From the NCBI GenBank assembly GCA_963664395.2, contig OY761159.2, forward strand, positions 4,672,001-4,736,000: a DNA stretch of 64,000 bases, given 5' to 3'. The stretch's first letter is position 1, and every line of letters begins with the position of its first letter. The notes beneath the pieces are model-generated. The model did no database searches. It was given only the letters and a program-made list of their open reading frames with translations, and was not told the DNA's origin. The position numbers and the translations under genes were made by a program. The DNA is from Candidatus Binatia bacterium. GTDB lineage: Bacteria; Desulfobacterota; Binatia; Bin18. Below are positions 1 through 9,739 of the stretch, one piece after another.

Positions 1-110
1 TCTGACGCAGAGACACTCTTCGTAAAAAACGAGAAGAAGGCCAGGCAATATATGAGCACCAGCACAGCGCTGGGATAGCTCTGCTGAGCGAGACGGTCAT
101 CCAGTCTCAC
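1..110 (-). CDS. 5' part of a probable exported protein, runs off the window edge
   Basis: GTG at 110 with AGGGG upstream, 10 nt after the stop of the FHA gene; translates MRLDDRLAQQSYPSAVLVLIYCLAFFSFFTKSVSAS..., signal-peptide-like. Confidence 0.5.
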   Translation of the reverse strand, partial: MRLDDRLAQQSYPSAVLVLIYCLAFFSFFTKSVSAS

Positions 111-120
111 GGCAATCCCC

Positions 121-978
121 CTATTCCTTCCCTGCCCGCTCTCGAAAGAGGAGTAGAGTTCCACCGACTTCAATCCGATCGCCATTTTTAAGCTGGACTG
201 ATTGGGCAATCGGGGTCCGGTTGACGCTGACCTGCCCTTCGTTTTTGGCAAGCACAAATGTATGCTTGTGTTTCTCGACCACGGCATGAAGATTGGCAAT
301 GGAACGGTCGCCAAACAGACCGACATCGCTTTCTTCGGCTCGGCCTATTGTGGTTTTGGGCTTAGTCAGATGATATTCACGGCCTTCACGGACATTGCGG
401 CTCTGCGAGCGAATCACCATAAACCAGCCGCGCTTAAACATCTCACTGACCAAGCCTATCCAGAGACCGATCATCGCTCCCAACAGGGCAAATGCAACCC
501 CACGGCCGGCGGTCTGCGATAGCAGGGTGGTGACAATCTGAAAGAGCGCTCCGCCGATCGCCCCGCCGATGCATCCGCCAATCGCCCCATTGCGTAAACG
601 GACCAGCGACTGGCCGACCCAGCCCGCTCCGAGCCCAACTGCGAGTCCAAAGAGTCCCCAGCCTATAGTGCGTCCGCCAAGACCACCAAACAGGCCAAAC
701 ACCAGCTCTCCCATCAGAAGACCAACAGCACCACCCGCCAGACCGGCCAGCCCACCCAGCTTCACGCCTTGCCACGTCTTGTTCTTATGACCCGCACTGA
801 GTCCTTCAATGGCACCGATGAAAGCGCCCACACAAATTCCAGTCACGGCGCCCAAGGCAATGGCCCGGAGATGGATATTTCCAACCGCGGCCAAAGGGTC
901 AGCCGCGGCCCATCCAGCGATGCCACCCAGGAGCCCGGCCCCGCTATAGAGGACAAGTCGTTCGCGTGAAAGTTCCAT
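121..978 (-). CDS. Multi-pass membrane protein with C-terminal FHA domain
   Basis: Gly-rich hydrophobic helices then FHA motifs (IGRAEESD, HAVV, VN, LKNGDRIEVG); ATG 978 preceded by GGAG. Confidence 0.85.
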   Translation of the reverse strand: MELSRERLVLYSGAGLLGGIAGWAAADPLAAVGNIHLRAIALGAVTGICVGAFIGAIEGLSAGHKNKTWQGVKLGGLAGLAGGAVGLLMGELVFGLFGGLGGRTIGWGLFGLAVGLGAGWVGQSLVRLRNGAIGGCIGGAIGGALFQIVTTLLSQTAGRGVAFALLGAMIGLWIGLVSEMFKRGWFMVIRSQSRNVREGREYHLTKPKTTIGRAEESDVGLFGDRSIANLHAVVEKHKHTFVLAKNEGQVSVNRTPIAQSVQLKNGDRIEVGGTLLLFRERAGKE

Positions 979-1034
979 ACTACTCCGCTGCTCAATGCAC
1001 CACGTGTATGTACAGACAGCCGTCATGATACGGC

Positions 1035-3404
1035 CTAGAGTTGCAGTGACCAATGTCCGCTCACGCTCTCGGACGACCCGACACTATACGTTCCGCTGAG
1101 TCGGTTTTCTTCACGCCAGCCGCGGAAATGATAGTCGCGATTGCCAATCCGACTTTGAAAGTCAATGTTATTATCCTGTAGGCTTCCTTCCAGAGAGGCG
1201 GCGCCGAAACCGGTCGCGTGGATCACCAAGTTACCACGTAACACCCCGTTACTGTGCGGTTGAAAATGCACCTCAAGAGGAACCTCACGCTCAGGACCCA
1301 GCCCGAGGATGCTCCCTTGGTGCGAGTTGAGGATATGGGCCAAGTCCCGATCATCGGTTACGGTAAATTTCTCGGGCGAGAGCGGGTAGCCGTTGACATA
1401 AAAGTCAACCTTGTAATCGCCGGGGGAAAAGGCGCTCCCACTGGCATTGCCGATTCTGGCAGTAAACGTCACCTTCTCTGTTGTATCCGAGACTTCTTTT
1501 CCCTCTTCGACCGTCCCGAGAATCTGGCCGTTGGGGGCATAATAGGTTGCGGTGACCCGGTGGTAAGAAGGCAACAGGTCATGGAGCTGGTTCTGAAAAT
1601 CCGCCTCCCAGGCCACGAACCGGAGTTTGGATGCGCCAAACGAAGATGCGGATTGAGAGAGGCGGCTGCCATCTTTCGCGGTATTGAAAAAGCGGACGGA
1701 GACCAGAGAAAGCGGCTCCTTGCTCCGTTCCTGGATGAGGGCCAGCCGTTTTTCCTCTGCCGCACGCCCGGCGCGCTCTTCCTCCGGTGTCGGTCCAATG
1801 ACTGCCGGGACATCAGCCCTACCAGCTACACCACCTTCTTCAGCATCGGCCTTTGCGACCTTGACCGGATCGGCTTCAATCCGGACTGTTTGACTGGCCA
1901 GCTTGGCATCCCCGAAATAGAGCTCAAGCTGGTAATCGCCTGTGGCCCGCTCTTTGAGCCCCTCAAGCAGCGTCACGCCCCGGAGTTCAAGCTGTTCTTC
2001 TTCGGGCCGCACAAACCGGCCGGCTTCGCTTTTCCCAGCCAGCCCCCCCTCAGGATCGAAAAAGCGGCCCTCTATCCGATAGTTCCCGCCTTCGACCCCG
2101 GACAACCTATTCTTCAGCACGGCTTCCCAGGTCAGGTATTGCACCTCACCAACTGTATAGCTTGCCTTGGCTTCCGACCGTGGCGTGCCGTCGCGCGAGG
2201 TATTCACTAGGCTGAGAGAAACGAGTTCGAGCGGATCGGCCCGTAGCGTGCGCAGGCGTTTCTCCCGCTCCCACGGCAAATCCGCAACAAAAGCCCGGAA
2301 CCCTGCACGCCGGGATTCCGGCAGCCAGGTTTCGAGCTGCTGCCAGGGAATCTTTTCTCCCAACTGCGCGATCGGATTACCTTGCAGCAGTTCAGGGGAA
2401 GTCAACAGTCCATACGCTCCGCCAGTCATCAGCAGCAAAAAAACAAGGGCCGCAACCATACGCCCCCAGCGCCGTTTCTTTTGCGGCGGTGCGACGGTGA
2501 GGGGTTCCTCAACCGGCTCCGGCAAAGGCTCGAGAATCTGGGTCGCGGCTTGGGACGAGCTGGGAGATGGGGCCGCGCTCAGTCCGCGCCCATACAGAAA
2601 CATGTCCTTAAACGCTTCCGCGCTCTTTGGCCGCTCTTCCGCTTTATACGCCAGGGTCTGGTCAATGGCTTGAGCCAGGAAGGGAGACGCGTCGGGCTTC
2701 TCCGAAAGCACCGGCGGACACGAGAACGGCGGATGTTTCTCGGGGTCACGGCCGGTCAGGATATAGTGCAGGGTTGCGGCCAGGCCATAAAGATCGGACC
2801 GTTCATCAACCTGTCCCGAGTATTGCTCGGGCGGGGCAAATCCGGGCGTGCCAATCAGGGTGGCTTTGCCTTGGGGAGAGAAAATTCTGGCAATGCCAAA
2901 GTCAATCAGCGTGATGCGCCCGTCCGGCCCGAGGATCACATTGCCCGGTTTCATGTCCCGATAGATGATGGGCGGAGAAAAGCCATGCAGATACGTCAGG
3001 ACATCGCACAGTTCCCGGCCAATCTCGATGACCCGGCTCTCGGGGAGCCGACCGCCCAGTCCGGCGATTTCCTGCTCCAGATTGACCCCTTCGACAAAAT
3101 CCATCACCAAATAATGGCAATTGCCTTCACCAAAGCGGTCAAAAATGGCGGGAATGGCCGGATGGGTGAGCTGGGCCAGCGTGTCAGCCTCGCGATGAAA
3201 ATACTCGATTGCTTGGGCGCGCTCCTCGGGATTGGTGAACCGGTCAAAGATTTCTTTGATGGCGACACGCCGCTCGGCAAGACGCTGATCCTGGGCAATA
3301 TAGACGACGCCCATACCACCGCCGGCCAGAAAGCGCTCGATCTGATAGCGCCCCGCCAGGGTCGTTCCAGGTTCAAGTTGACCGCTTTCGTTCCGCGACA
3401 TCAA
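1035..3404 (-). CDS. Hanks-type Ser/Thr kinase with TM helix and tandem extracytoplasmic domains
   Basis: GGGMGVV, VAIK, YRDMKPGN, DFG, GTPGFAPPE; TM segment MVAALVFLLLMTGGAYGLL; two related beta-rich domains follow. Confidence 0.92.
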   Translation of the reverse strand: MMSRNESGQLEPGTTLAGRYQIERFLAGGGMGVVYIAQDQRLAERRVAIKEIFDRFTNPEERAQAIEYFHREADTLAQLTHPAIPAIFDRFGEGNCHYLVMDFVEGVNLEQEIAGLGGRLPESRVIEIGRELCDVLTYLHGFSPPIIYRDMKPGNVILGPDGRITLIDFGIARIFSPQGKATLIGTPGFAPPEQYSGQVDERSDLYGLAATLHYILTGRDPEKHPPFSCPPVLSEKPDASPFLAQAIDQTLAYKAEERPKSAEAFKDMFLYGRGLSAAPSPSSSQAATQILEPLPEPVEEPLTVAPPQKKRRWGRMVAALVFLLLMTGGAYGLLTSPELLQGNPIAQLGEKIPWQQLETWLPESRRAGFRAFVADLPWEREKRLRTLRADPLELVSLSLVNTSRDGTPRSEAKASYTVGEVQYLTWEAVLKNRLSGVEGGNYRIEGRFFDPEGGLAGKSEAGRFVRPEEEQLELRGVTLLEGLKERATGDYQLELYFGDAKLASQTVRIEADPVKVAKADAEEGGVAGRADVPAVIGPTPEEERAGRAAEEKRLALIQERSKEPLSLVSVRFFNTAKDGSRLSQSASSFGASKLRFVAWEADFQNQLHDLLPSYHRVTATYYAPNGQILGTVEEGKEVSDTTEKVTFTARIGNASGSAFSPGDYKVDFYVNGYPLSPEKFTVTDDRDLAHILNSHQGSILGLGPEREVPLEVHFQPHSNGVLRGNLVIHATGFGAASLEGSLQDNNIDFQSRIGNRDYHFRGWREENRLSGTYSVGSSESVSGHWSLQL

Positions 3405-3415
3405 CTAGCGCCTCA

Positions 3416-5161
3416 CTACTCGTGAAAGACAACGATCACTGAGGTATTATCGCTGCCGCCACCCGTATTTGCCGCAACGGTCAACTCCAAGGCCGCCTCG
3501 GACGGAGTACGGTGGCGACTCAAGATATCAGCAATCGCCGGATCAAGGACATGGCTGGTCAACCCATCGCTGCACAGGAGGAGTCGGACCCCTCGCTTGA
3601 GTGGCCGCGAGAGCGTATCAACCACAACATTTTCCTTGCTCCCCAAAGACCGAATCAGGACGTTACGGTGCTCGTGGGTCAACGCCTCTTCTTCCGTCAA
3701 TTGGCCGATCTCGACCAGACGGGCGACCAAGGAATGATCGTGCGAGAGCTGCCGCAGTTCCCCATTTTCCAGCAGGTAGACCCGGCTGTCCCCGACCCAC
3801 GCCACCGTCAGTTGTCCGGCCCGGACCAGCGCAGCAACAATCGTTGCTCCCAGGCCGGCAGATTCTGGATGATCTTTCCCGTATTGGACAATTTTTGTAT
3901 TGGCCGCCTCGACCGACTCACGTAAATGGGTCTCCCAGGCTGCCGCATCAAATCCCTCAACCCCCTTTTGCTGTCCAGTGGAGGCCCCCTCTCTCCTCAG
4001 CCCTCTCCCGCCAGAGGGGAGGGAAACGGTGGCTTCTTCAACATGCTGGGCCACAGTCCGAATGGCAATCTGGCTGGCGACCTCACCGGCTTCGGCTCCG
4101 CCCATACCGTCTGAAACGATATAGAGTCCATTAAAATCATCGCCCTCTATGCTGCCTTGACCCACCTCTTTGACAAGAACGGCATCTTCATTATGGTCGC
4201 GTACCTGTCCGACATCGGTCCGCCAGGCCGAGCGAATATGCACCGACTGACTCAGAGCGAGCAAGTCTTGTTTCAGGGCTGGCAGGTTCGGATAGCGCTC
4301 CCCGACCTCAAAGGCTAACGCTCTTCTTAAAACGCGCTCAAAATCGGGCGTCAGGACCTTCTCAGGATAGAATACTGGTGGCTCAGGCTGAACCGCCCAG
4401 CCTTCAATGGGTAAACGGCGCCCCACGAGAACGGCATACAGGCATGCGCCCAGAGCAAACACATCAGCAGCTTCGTGTAACACTTGGGACTTATATGCCT
4501 CAGGCGCAGCATACCCATCCGTCAAAAAGGGACTCTCCTCAAGCGCGTCTTTCAGGCGTATGGCGTCAAAGTGGGTGAGGTGCAGACGGCCGGTCTTGTC
4601 GAGTATGATATTTTCCGGAGAAAGTTCAACACACAAGAACCCATGCCGGTGCAAAGCACTCACGGCCTGGCACAGCTGCACGCCCCAGCCGGACGCCTCC
4701 CGCTCCGACGTCCGGCCCATGCGGCTACTCAGAGGGATACCGGACTGAGTCGGCGTAATGAGGTAGACCCGGCCATCACGTTCCAGACTTTCCTGCGGGA
4801 GGATGAGAGCCGGGTGGTGAATCGCGGCAAGCTGCTCGGATAGCTCAAACGCACCACCCGCGTCGGTCTGGTCACTTAATCGTTCAGCTATAAGATAGGT
4901 CTGTCCGGCGTCAGTCTGACGAACCGCCTGGTAGCGATTTTCCTGTCCGGTCGAGAGGATGGATGTGAGGCGATAGGTATCAGCGAGGATTGTGCCTGGC
5001 GTCAGTGGTTCAAAGAGGGAGACCGAAACGCCCCCTTCTTCAAGCGATACGCCACAGGCAGTACAAAAAATTTCTCCAAGCACATTGGCTTGTCCGCACT
5101 CAGCACAAACAAGGCTCTCCTCAATGTCTATAGGCTCGGTCATCAGAGGCGCAGAACCCAT
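3416..5161 (-). CDS. Zn-ribbon + degenerate kinase domain + PP2C (Stp1-like) phosphatase fusion
   Basis: CAEC..CTAC ribbon; kinase fold with GYAAPE and DVFALG; PP2C motifs RDHNED, VSDGMGG, VGDSR, LCSDGL, GGSDN. Confidence 0.9.
   Translation of the reverse strand: MGSAPLMTEPIDIEESLVCAECGQANVLGEIFCTACGVSLEEGGVSVSLFEPLTPGTILADTYRLTSILSTGQENRYQAVRQTDAGQTYLIAERLSDQTDAGGAFELSEQLAAIHHPALILPQESLERDGRVYLITPTQSGIPLSSRMGRTSEREASGWGVQLCQAVSALHRHGFLCVELSPENIILDKTGRLHLTHFDAIRLKDALEESPFLTDGYAAPEAYKSQVLHEAADVFALGACLYAVLVGRRLPIEGWAVQPEPPVFYPEKVLTPDFERVLRRALAFEVGERYPNLPALKQDLLALSQSVHIRSAWRTDVGQVRDHNEDAVLVKEVGQGSIEGDDFNGLYIVSDGMGGAEAGEVASQIAIRTVAQHVEEATVSLPSGGRGLRREGASTGQQKGVEGFDAAAWETHLRESVEAANTKIVQYGKDHPESAGLGATIVAALVRAGQLTVAWVGDSRVYLLENGELRQLSHDHSLVARLVEIGQLTEEEALTHEHRNVLIRSLGSKENVVVDTLSRPLKRGVRLLLCSDGLTSHVLDPAIADILSRHRTPSEAALELTVAANTGGGSDNTSVIVVFHE
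3985..4024 (-). repeat. REP-like palindromic element inside the PP2C coding region
   Basis: Reverse complement tccctcccctctggcgggagagggctgaggagagagggg closely matches the intergenic element at 62740-62778. Confidence 0.65.
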
Positions 5162-5220
5162 GCATCACCAGTCCAGTCAATTCCAGCAGTTTAGGCAGTT
5201 CCAGAACGGCCAGCGCAGCC

Positions 5221-5886
5221 TCATGGCACGCGCGAGACCTTGAAAAAGGTTTTGCCGACGATGATCTCATCCCCGTCTTTGAGGGTAGCCGGTGAGCCTG
5301 GCTCAAGACGTTGGCCCCTGTTGACAAACGTCCCGTTCAGGCTCCCAATATCCTCAATCGTCAACTCATCGCCGAATTTTATCAGCGCGTGTTTTCGGGA
5401 GATACGCGCTTCCGCATCATCATTTTCCATATCAACTTCAGGGAAAGAACCGGAATCCGGGTCCCACCGACCAACCAGATTATCTCCTGCTTGGAGCTCA
5501 AAAACCTTACCCACCGTTCCGCCACGGGTGATGGTGAGAGAAGCGCTCCCGGCTGCACCTTCTGTTCCTTCTGTTCCTTCTGAGCCTGGACCCTCGCTTG
5601 GTGCGACGTCTCCGGGTGCTTCTTCAGGGGCCGGTGTAGGAATATCTCCAACCGCCTCAGCCGCAGGTTCTTCTGCAACGGCCTCCGGACTTGTCTCACT
5701 TGCCCCACTTGCCGCACTTGCTGCACTTGCCTCAACTCCGGCAGGAGCTTCCTCCACGGCTTCGCTGTCAGGTGCGGCGGGGGCTTCGGCACTCTCCGTC
5801 GCTATGACTTCAAGTTTCGCTCCGCAGCTATCACAGTACTCCAGACCATCCATGTTTTCTTCATTACATTCCGCACAGCGAATCAT
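5221..5886 (-). CDS. Zn-ribbon + acidic linker + FHA domain protein
   Basis: CAEC..CDSC, Ala/Glu/Pro linker, FHA motifs VGR, ISRKHA, SLNGTFVN, LKDGDEI. Confidence 0.9.
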   Translation of the reverse strand: MIRCAECNEENMDGLEYCDSCGAKLEVIATESAEAPAAPDSEAVEEAPAGVEASAASAASGASETSPEAVAEEPAAEAVGDIPTPAPEEAPGDVAPSEGPGSEGTEGTEGAAGSASLTITRGGTVGKVFELQAGDNLVGRWDPDSGSFPEVDMENDDAEARISRKHALIKFGDELTIEDIGSLNGTFVNRGQRLEPGSPATLKDGDEIIVGKTFFKVSRVP

Positions 5887-5941
5887 GCTCGTATCTCCTT
5901 CATTGACCTCATTGCTGAACCGTTACCCTTCACGGGCGAGC

Positions 5942-7252
5942 TTAGTCTTGCAGGGCATCTTTGACGCTCTCGGGATCAAGAAGTTGCGTTTTTCGTAAGG
6001 TTGCCTGAGCGTTGAGCAACTGGGTTTTGGCCGCCCCGGTCGCGAGACTCTGTGTTTTCTTCAATTCACTCTGGAGCCCTTCGAGCGCTTGGGTTGCCTT
6101 CGTGTTCCCAAGTCGTTGGGTTCCGGCTATGGCATTGCCCAACAATCGCGTGGCTTTGTCGGTATTGCCGGCAGCCATAGCAGCCTCAGCCTGCATTTGG
6201 ATCTTGGCGACGCTGACTTGATCAACGAGATTCATCACATAGCCGTTCGCCTTGCCAATGGAAGCTCGCTCAAGCGTATAGTTCACCACAACGTCCACGT
6301 TTTCGTGTTGGTTCTTGGCCTCAGGCGTATCGTAATGCAGCCCGGCCTGAGCGAGCCGGACCCGACCGGGGCGGCGGGGCGGTAAGACTAACACTGCCAA
6401 TGCCGAACTTGGCGTACCCGCTTCAATATCTCCCAACGGGAGAGAAATAATCCGATTGGCATCGGGCGTAATATCTTTAATCGGGTAAATCTGAGGACTG
6501 GCGCGAAAGGCTTCTTTCACCTGCACCCCAGCGCTCAGTTGCACCTCAATACGCGCATTGGTCAGTGCGACATTCCGAAGTCCCTGGAGTTCGCTGGAAA
6601 AAATATCCGGAATTGAGGCCGGGGTATCAATAAAGTGATAATTGGACCCGCTCGCCTCCGCCATTTCCATCAGCAGTTTTTCATTAAACTCGCCGCCCAC
6701 GCCGAGTGTGCTACACGAAATACGGTCACGATGCTGACGGGCGAGATCGAGACATTTGCGCTCCTCATACGTCTGACCATCGGTCAGGAGCAACAGCCGG
6801 TTCAGGCGGTTGGGCGAATAATACTTCTCGACCTCGGCAAGCGCCGCTTCCATCCCCAGCGCCATTTGTGTTCCGCCCCCGATCTCCAACAGATCCAGAT
6901 CGTCAATGGCTCGTTTCACACCGGATGCATCCGCAGCCACCCGGTCTGCCGTTGCCGCAACGTCTGCCTTGTCTGCAAACGCGACCACCGCCGCCTTGTC
7001 ATCCGGACCAAGATTATCAATCAGATATTTGACGGCATCAATGACATAATCAAGCCGCTGTTCATCATACATGGAACCGCTCCGGTCAAGCACAATGCCG
7101 AGATTGAGAGGCAGGCGCACGCCCCCGCCTTGCGGCTTTGTCTCCATGAGCAGGTACAGGATAAAATTTTCTGCGCTGCTCAGCACGGCATTACGGCTTG
7201 TCAACGCTTGGAAACCAACAGCAGCAGACACGAGAGGCTCCTTTTTTGCCAA
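5942..7252 (-). CDS. vWA domain protein (YfbK/Ca-activated chloride channel-like family)
   Basis: MIDAS DRSGSM, GGT, LLTDG; Ig-like and helical C-terminus; TTG start. Confidence 0.88.
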   Translation of the reverse strand: MAKKEPLVSAAVGFQALTSRNAVLSSAENFILYLLMETKPQGGGVRLPLNLGIVLDRSGSMYDEQRLDYVIDAVKYLIDNLGPDDKAAVVAFADKADVAATADRVAADASGVKRAIDDLDLLEIGGGTQMALGMEAALAEVEKYYSPNRLNRLLLLTDGQTYEERKCLDLARQHRDRISCSTLGVGGEFNEKLLMEMAEASGSNYHFIDTPASIPDIFSSELQGLRNVALTNARIEVQLSAGVQVKEAFRASPQIYPIKDITPDANRIISLPLGDIEAGTPSSALAVLVLPPRRPGRVRLAQAGLHYDTPEAKNQHENVDVVVNYTLERASIGKANGYVMNLVDQVSVAKIQMQAEAAMAAGNTDKATRLLGNAIAGTQRLGNTKATQALEGLQSELKKTQSLATGAAKTQLLNAQATLRKTQLLDPESVKDALQD

Positions 7253-7339
7253 GAGAATTGTTCAGAAGAATTGTTGAATTTTTATCTCACGTTTTTTCCC
7301 CAGGAGCAATATAACTACCCGCGAATTCTTGCGGCCTTA

Positions 7340-7828
7340 TTACTCCGGCTTCCGAAACTGGTCGTGACAGCCCTTACACGTTCCGAACATCTTTTGCATA
7401 TGTTCCTTGACTGCAGCGGCATTGTTTTCTCCTGCGGCCACGGCAAGCGCGTCAGCTTCTGTACTCAGTTCTGTGGCTGAGGCGAGAAAAGCGTCCCAGT
7501 TCTGCCAAATTTCTTCTTTCGCCCGAGAGGAGTCTGACGTGCTGCCCTCCGGAAAGAGCCCTGCGATCCGGGTGGAATGAAGGGCTATGGCGGCGGCATT
7601 CATTTTTGCCTCTTTGAGTGTACCGGCATCGATCTTGCCTTTCATCTCCTTGGCATTGGCCCCAATATTCTCCATCAGATACTCGCGAAACGGCACCGCC
7701 TGCTGAGGGTCCGGCATATGGGTGGGATGATTTTCATGCCCAAAACTCGACCCACTATGCAGACAACTTGCCACCACAACTGCGCTGACCAAAGCCATAC
7801 GGACCACACGTTTGACCCGACCTTTCAT
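7340..7828 (-). CDS. Cytochrome c' (class II c-type cytochrome)
   Basis: Signal peptide, LFPEGS..RAKEEIWQNWDAF, C-terminal CKGCH; GGAGG RBS. Confidence 0.9.
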   Translation of the reverse strand: MKGRVKRVVRMALVSAVVVASCLHSGSSFGHENHPTHMPDPQQAVPFREYLMENIGANAKEMKGKIDAGTLKEAKMNAAAIALHSTRIAGLFPEGSTSDSSRAKEEIWQNWDAFLASATELSTEADALAVAAGENNAAAVKEHMQKMFGTCKGCHDQFRKPE

Positions 7829-7886
7829 TGCAGCACCTCCTTACTTACGAAAAACACGCCCGCCCGCGTTGCGTCTCAGGGCTCCG

Positions 7887-8834
7887 TTACTGTTCTGACT
7901 CCCAGGTAGAAAATTTGGGAGCAACCGATTTGAGATATTGGGCAACCGCCTGCGCATCTTCATCTGTCATGTCTTTGTACCCGCCTCCGGGTACCCCATC
8001 AATCACCAAGGCCATCAGCCCTTGGACGTTATCAAAATTCGGGAGAAAACCGGTGCGCAGCAGCGAGACGATTTCCCCTTCGCTCCACTGCCCGATACCC
8101 GTTTCGTCATCAGGGGTAATATTGGGAGCGACCTCGCCGTCAATACCCGCCGGATTGCCAGCTAAATTTTGCGCACGGTCGAGGGTGCCAAACACCGTGC
8201 GCGGCGTATGGCACTCCTGGCAATGGGCGAGATGTTCACTGATGTAGCGACCTCGGGCAACCGGGTCTGCCCTTGCAAGCACGCGGGTTTCGGCTGGTTC
8301 AAAAAACAGCCAGCGCCAGACGCGCATGGCAAGCCCGGAAAACGGAACGGTGATAGCGTGGGAGAGGTTTTTTTGCGCAATCGGCTCAAGGCTGCGCAGG
8401 AAAGCGACCAGAGCAGTCACATCTTCATCCGTCATTCCGCTCAAGGCCGGATACGGCATGACTGGACTCATGACCGTGCCATCAGGTTTCACCCCCCGCC
8501 GGATCGCGTCGATGATTTCCCGGTCCGTCCAGTTGCCGATACCGTGGACCGGGTCGGGTGTGATATTGGTCCCGTAAAACCTCCCGTACGGAGTCTCAAG
8601 CGGTCGTCCACCCGCATTGACCGGCCCATTATCGGCCGTATGGCAGCCACATCCGCCGGCCAAGGAAAATATATACCGCCCGTGGGCGACGAGGTCCGAG
8701 GTATCAGCCCAGACGTTCTGGAGGCGACCGAATGAAAAGGTAAAAAGAAGGCACAGGCAAAGAAGCGGTCTTTGTCTATGCCGCTTTCTTGCAGCAGGCA
8801 GTGACGACTCGGCTGGAGTCAATTGATCTGCCAT
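7887..8834 (-). CDS. Dihaem c-type cytochrome (gluconate/alcohol dehydrogenase cytochrome-like)
   Basis: NITPD..GIG.W repeated twice, PVMPY, haem motifs CGCH and CQECH. Confidence 0.85.
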   Translation of the reverse strand: MADQLTPAESSLPAARKRHRQRPLLCLCLLFTFSFGRLQNVWADTSDLVAHGRYIFSLAGGCGCHTADNGPVNAGGRPLETPYGRFYGTNITPDPVHGIGNWTDREIIDAIRRGVKPDGTVMSPVMPYPALSGMTDEDVTALVAFLRSLEPIAQKNLSHAITVPFSGLAMRVWRWLFFEPAETRVLARADPVARGRYISEHLAHCQECHTPRTVFGTLDRAQNLAGNPAGIDGEVAPNITPDDETGIGQWSEGEIVSLLRTGFLPNFDNVQGLMALVIDGVPGGGYKDMTDEDAQAVAQYLKSVAPKFSTWESEQ

Positions 8835-8879
8835 GGGGGATATTGGGGGATCAATAGTGACCTGCTACTATACCCGGCC

Positions 8880-9401
8880 ATGCAACGGCTCGGTCTCAGC
8901 GTTGGCGGTTTCTTGCTTCTTGGAACCGCAAGCCTGCTCTATCTGTTCTCTTCACTTGGAGAAACATCGCTCTATAACGCGTGGGGGTATACCATATATG
9001 CTGACTTTGAAAGTGCCACCGGCCTTGCATCCGGCGCGCCGGTCGAGATTGTCGGTGTCCGCGTAGGCCGGGTTGATACCGTCCAGCTTACGGGTATGCG
9101 TGCGAAAGTAAGATTCACCATACAGAACAACATCGAGATTCAAGAAGATGCGATCGCGTCTATCCAAACCAAGGGTTTACTTGGCGGCTCCTATCTCCTG
9201 ATCTCACTTGGCGGGTCGGATAAAATCATCCCGCCCGGCGGAGTGATCAGAGAGACAGAGTCGCCCATTGACCTGCCAGGACTCATGGCAGCCTATATTG
9301 CCAGCCGCAAGGACACAGCCAAGGAAACAGCCCTAGAGAGTCCCCTAGAGAGTCCCCTAGAGAGTCCCCTAGAGAGTCCCCTAGAGAGTCCTTCCCCCTA
9401 A
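8880..9401 (+). CDS. mlaD: MlaD/MCE family lipid-binding protein
   Basis: N-terminal TM, FESATGLASGAPVEIVGVRVGRV, IQTKGLLG; start inferred at ATG 8880. Confidence 0.82.
   Translation: MQRLGLSVGGFLLLGTASLLYLFSSLGETSLYNAWGYTIYADFESATGLASGAPVEIVGVRVGRVDTVQLTGMRAKVRFTIQNNIEIQEDAIASIQTKGLLGGSYLLISLGGSDKIIPPGGVIRETESPIDLPGLMAAYIASRKDTAKETALESPLESPLESPLESPLESPSP
9333..9392 (+). repeat. 12-bp tandem repeat x5 (ctagagagtccc) encoding (LESP)5
   Basis: Directly visible at the 3' end of mlaD. Confidence 0.95.
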
Positions 9402-9739
9402 AGCAGGATGTGGGCAAAATGCCCGCGCTCCAAACTCTATTCAGCTCGATCACTCCGTTTACGCCGACGGTATGACGCCGGTTTCATGCGGACTTTGCCA
9501 CACTGAGGACAGCGCCACTTTTCTTGTTTGTGAGGCCGATGCGCCTCTACTCTCATTTTTGCTCGGCAGCGTGGACAGATCATTGTTCAATCCAGATATC
9601 ATACCCAATGAGCCGCTCCCGCACGGATTATCCGGTGTGTCCCAAATCGGGGCTTGCCTGTTCTCGCCAAGGGAGCTATGGGGGAAAGCTCATACCGATG
9701 CTGAAAAATCACCGTAATTGCTAGTGTGGGAGTCGCCGA

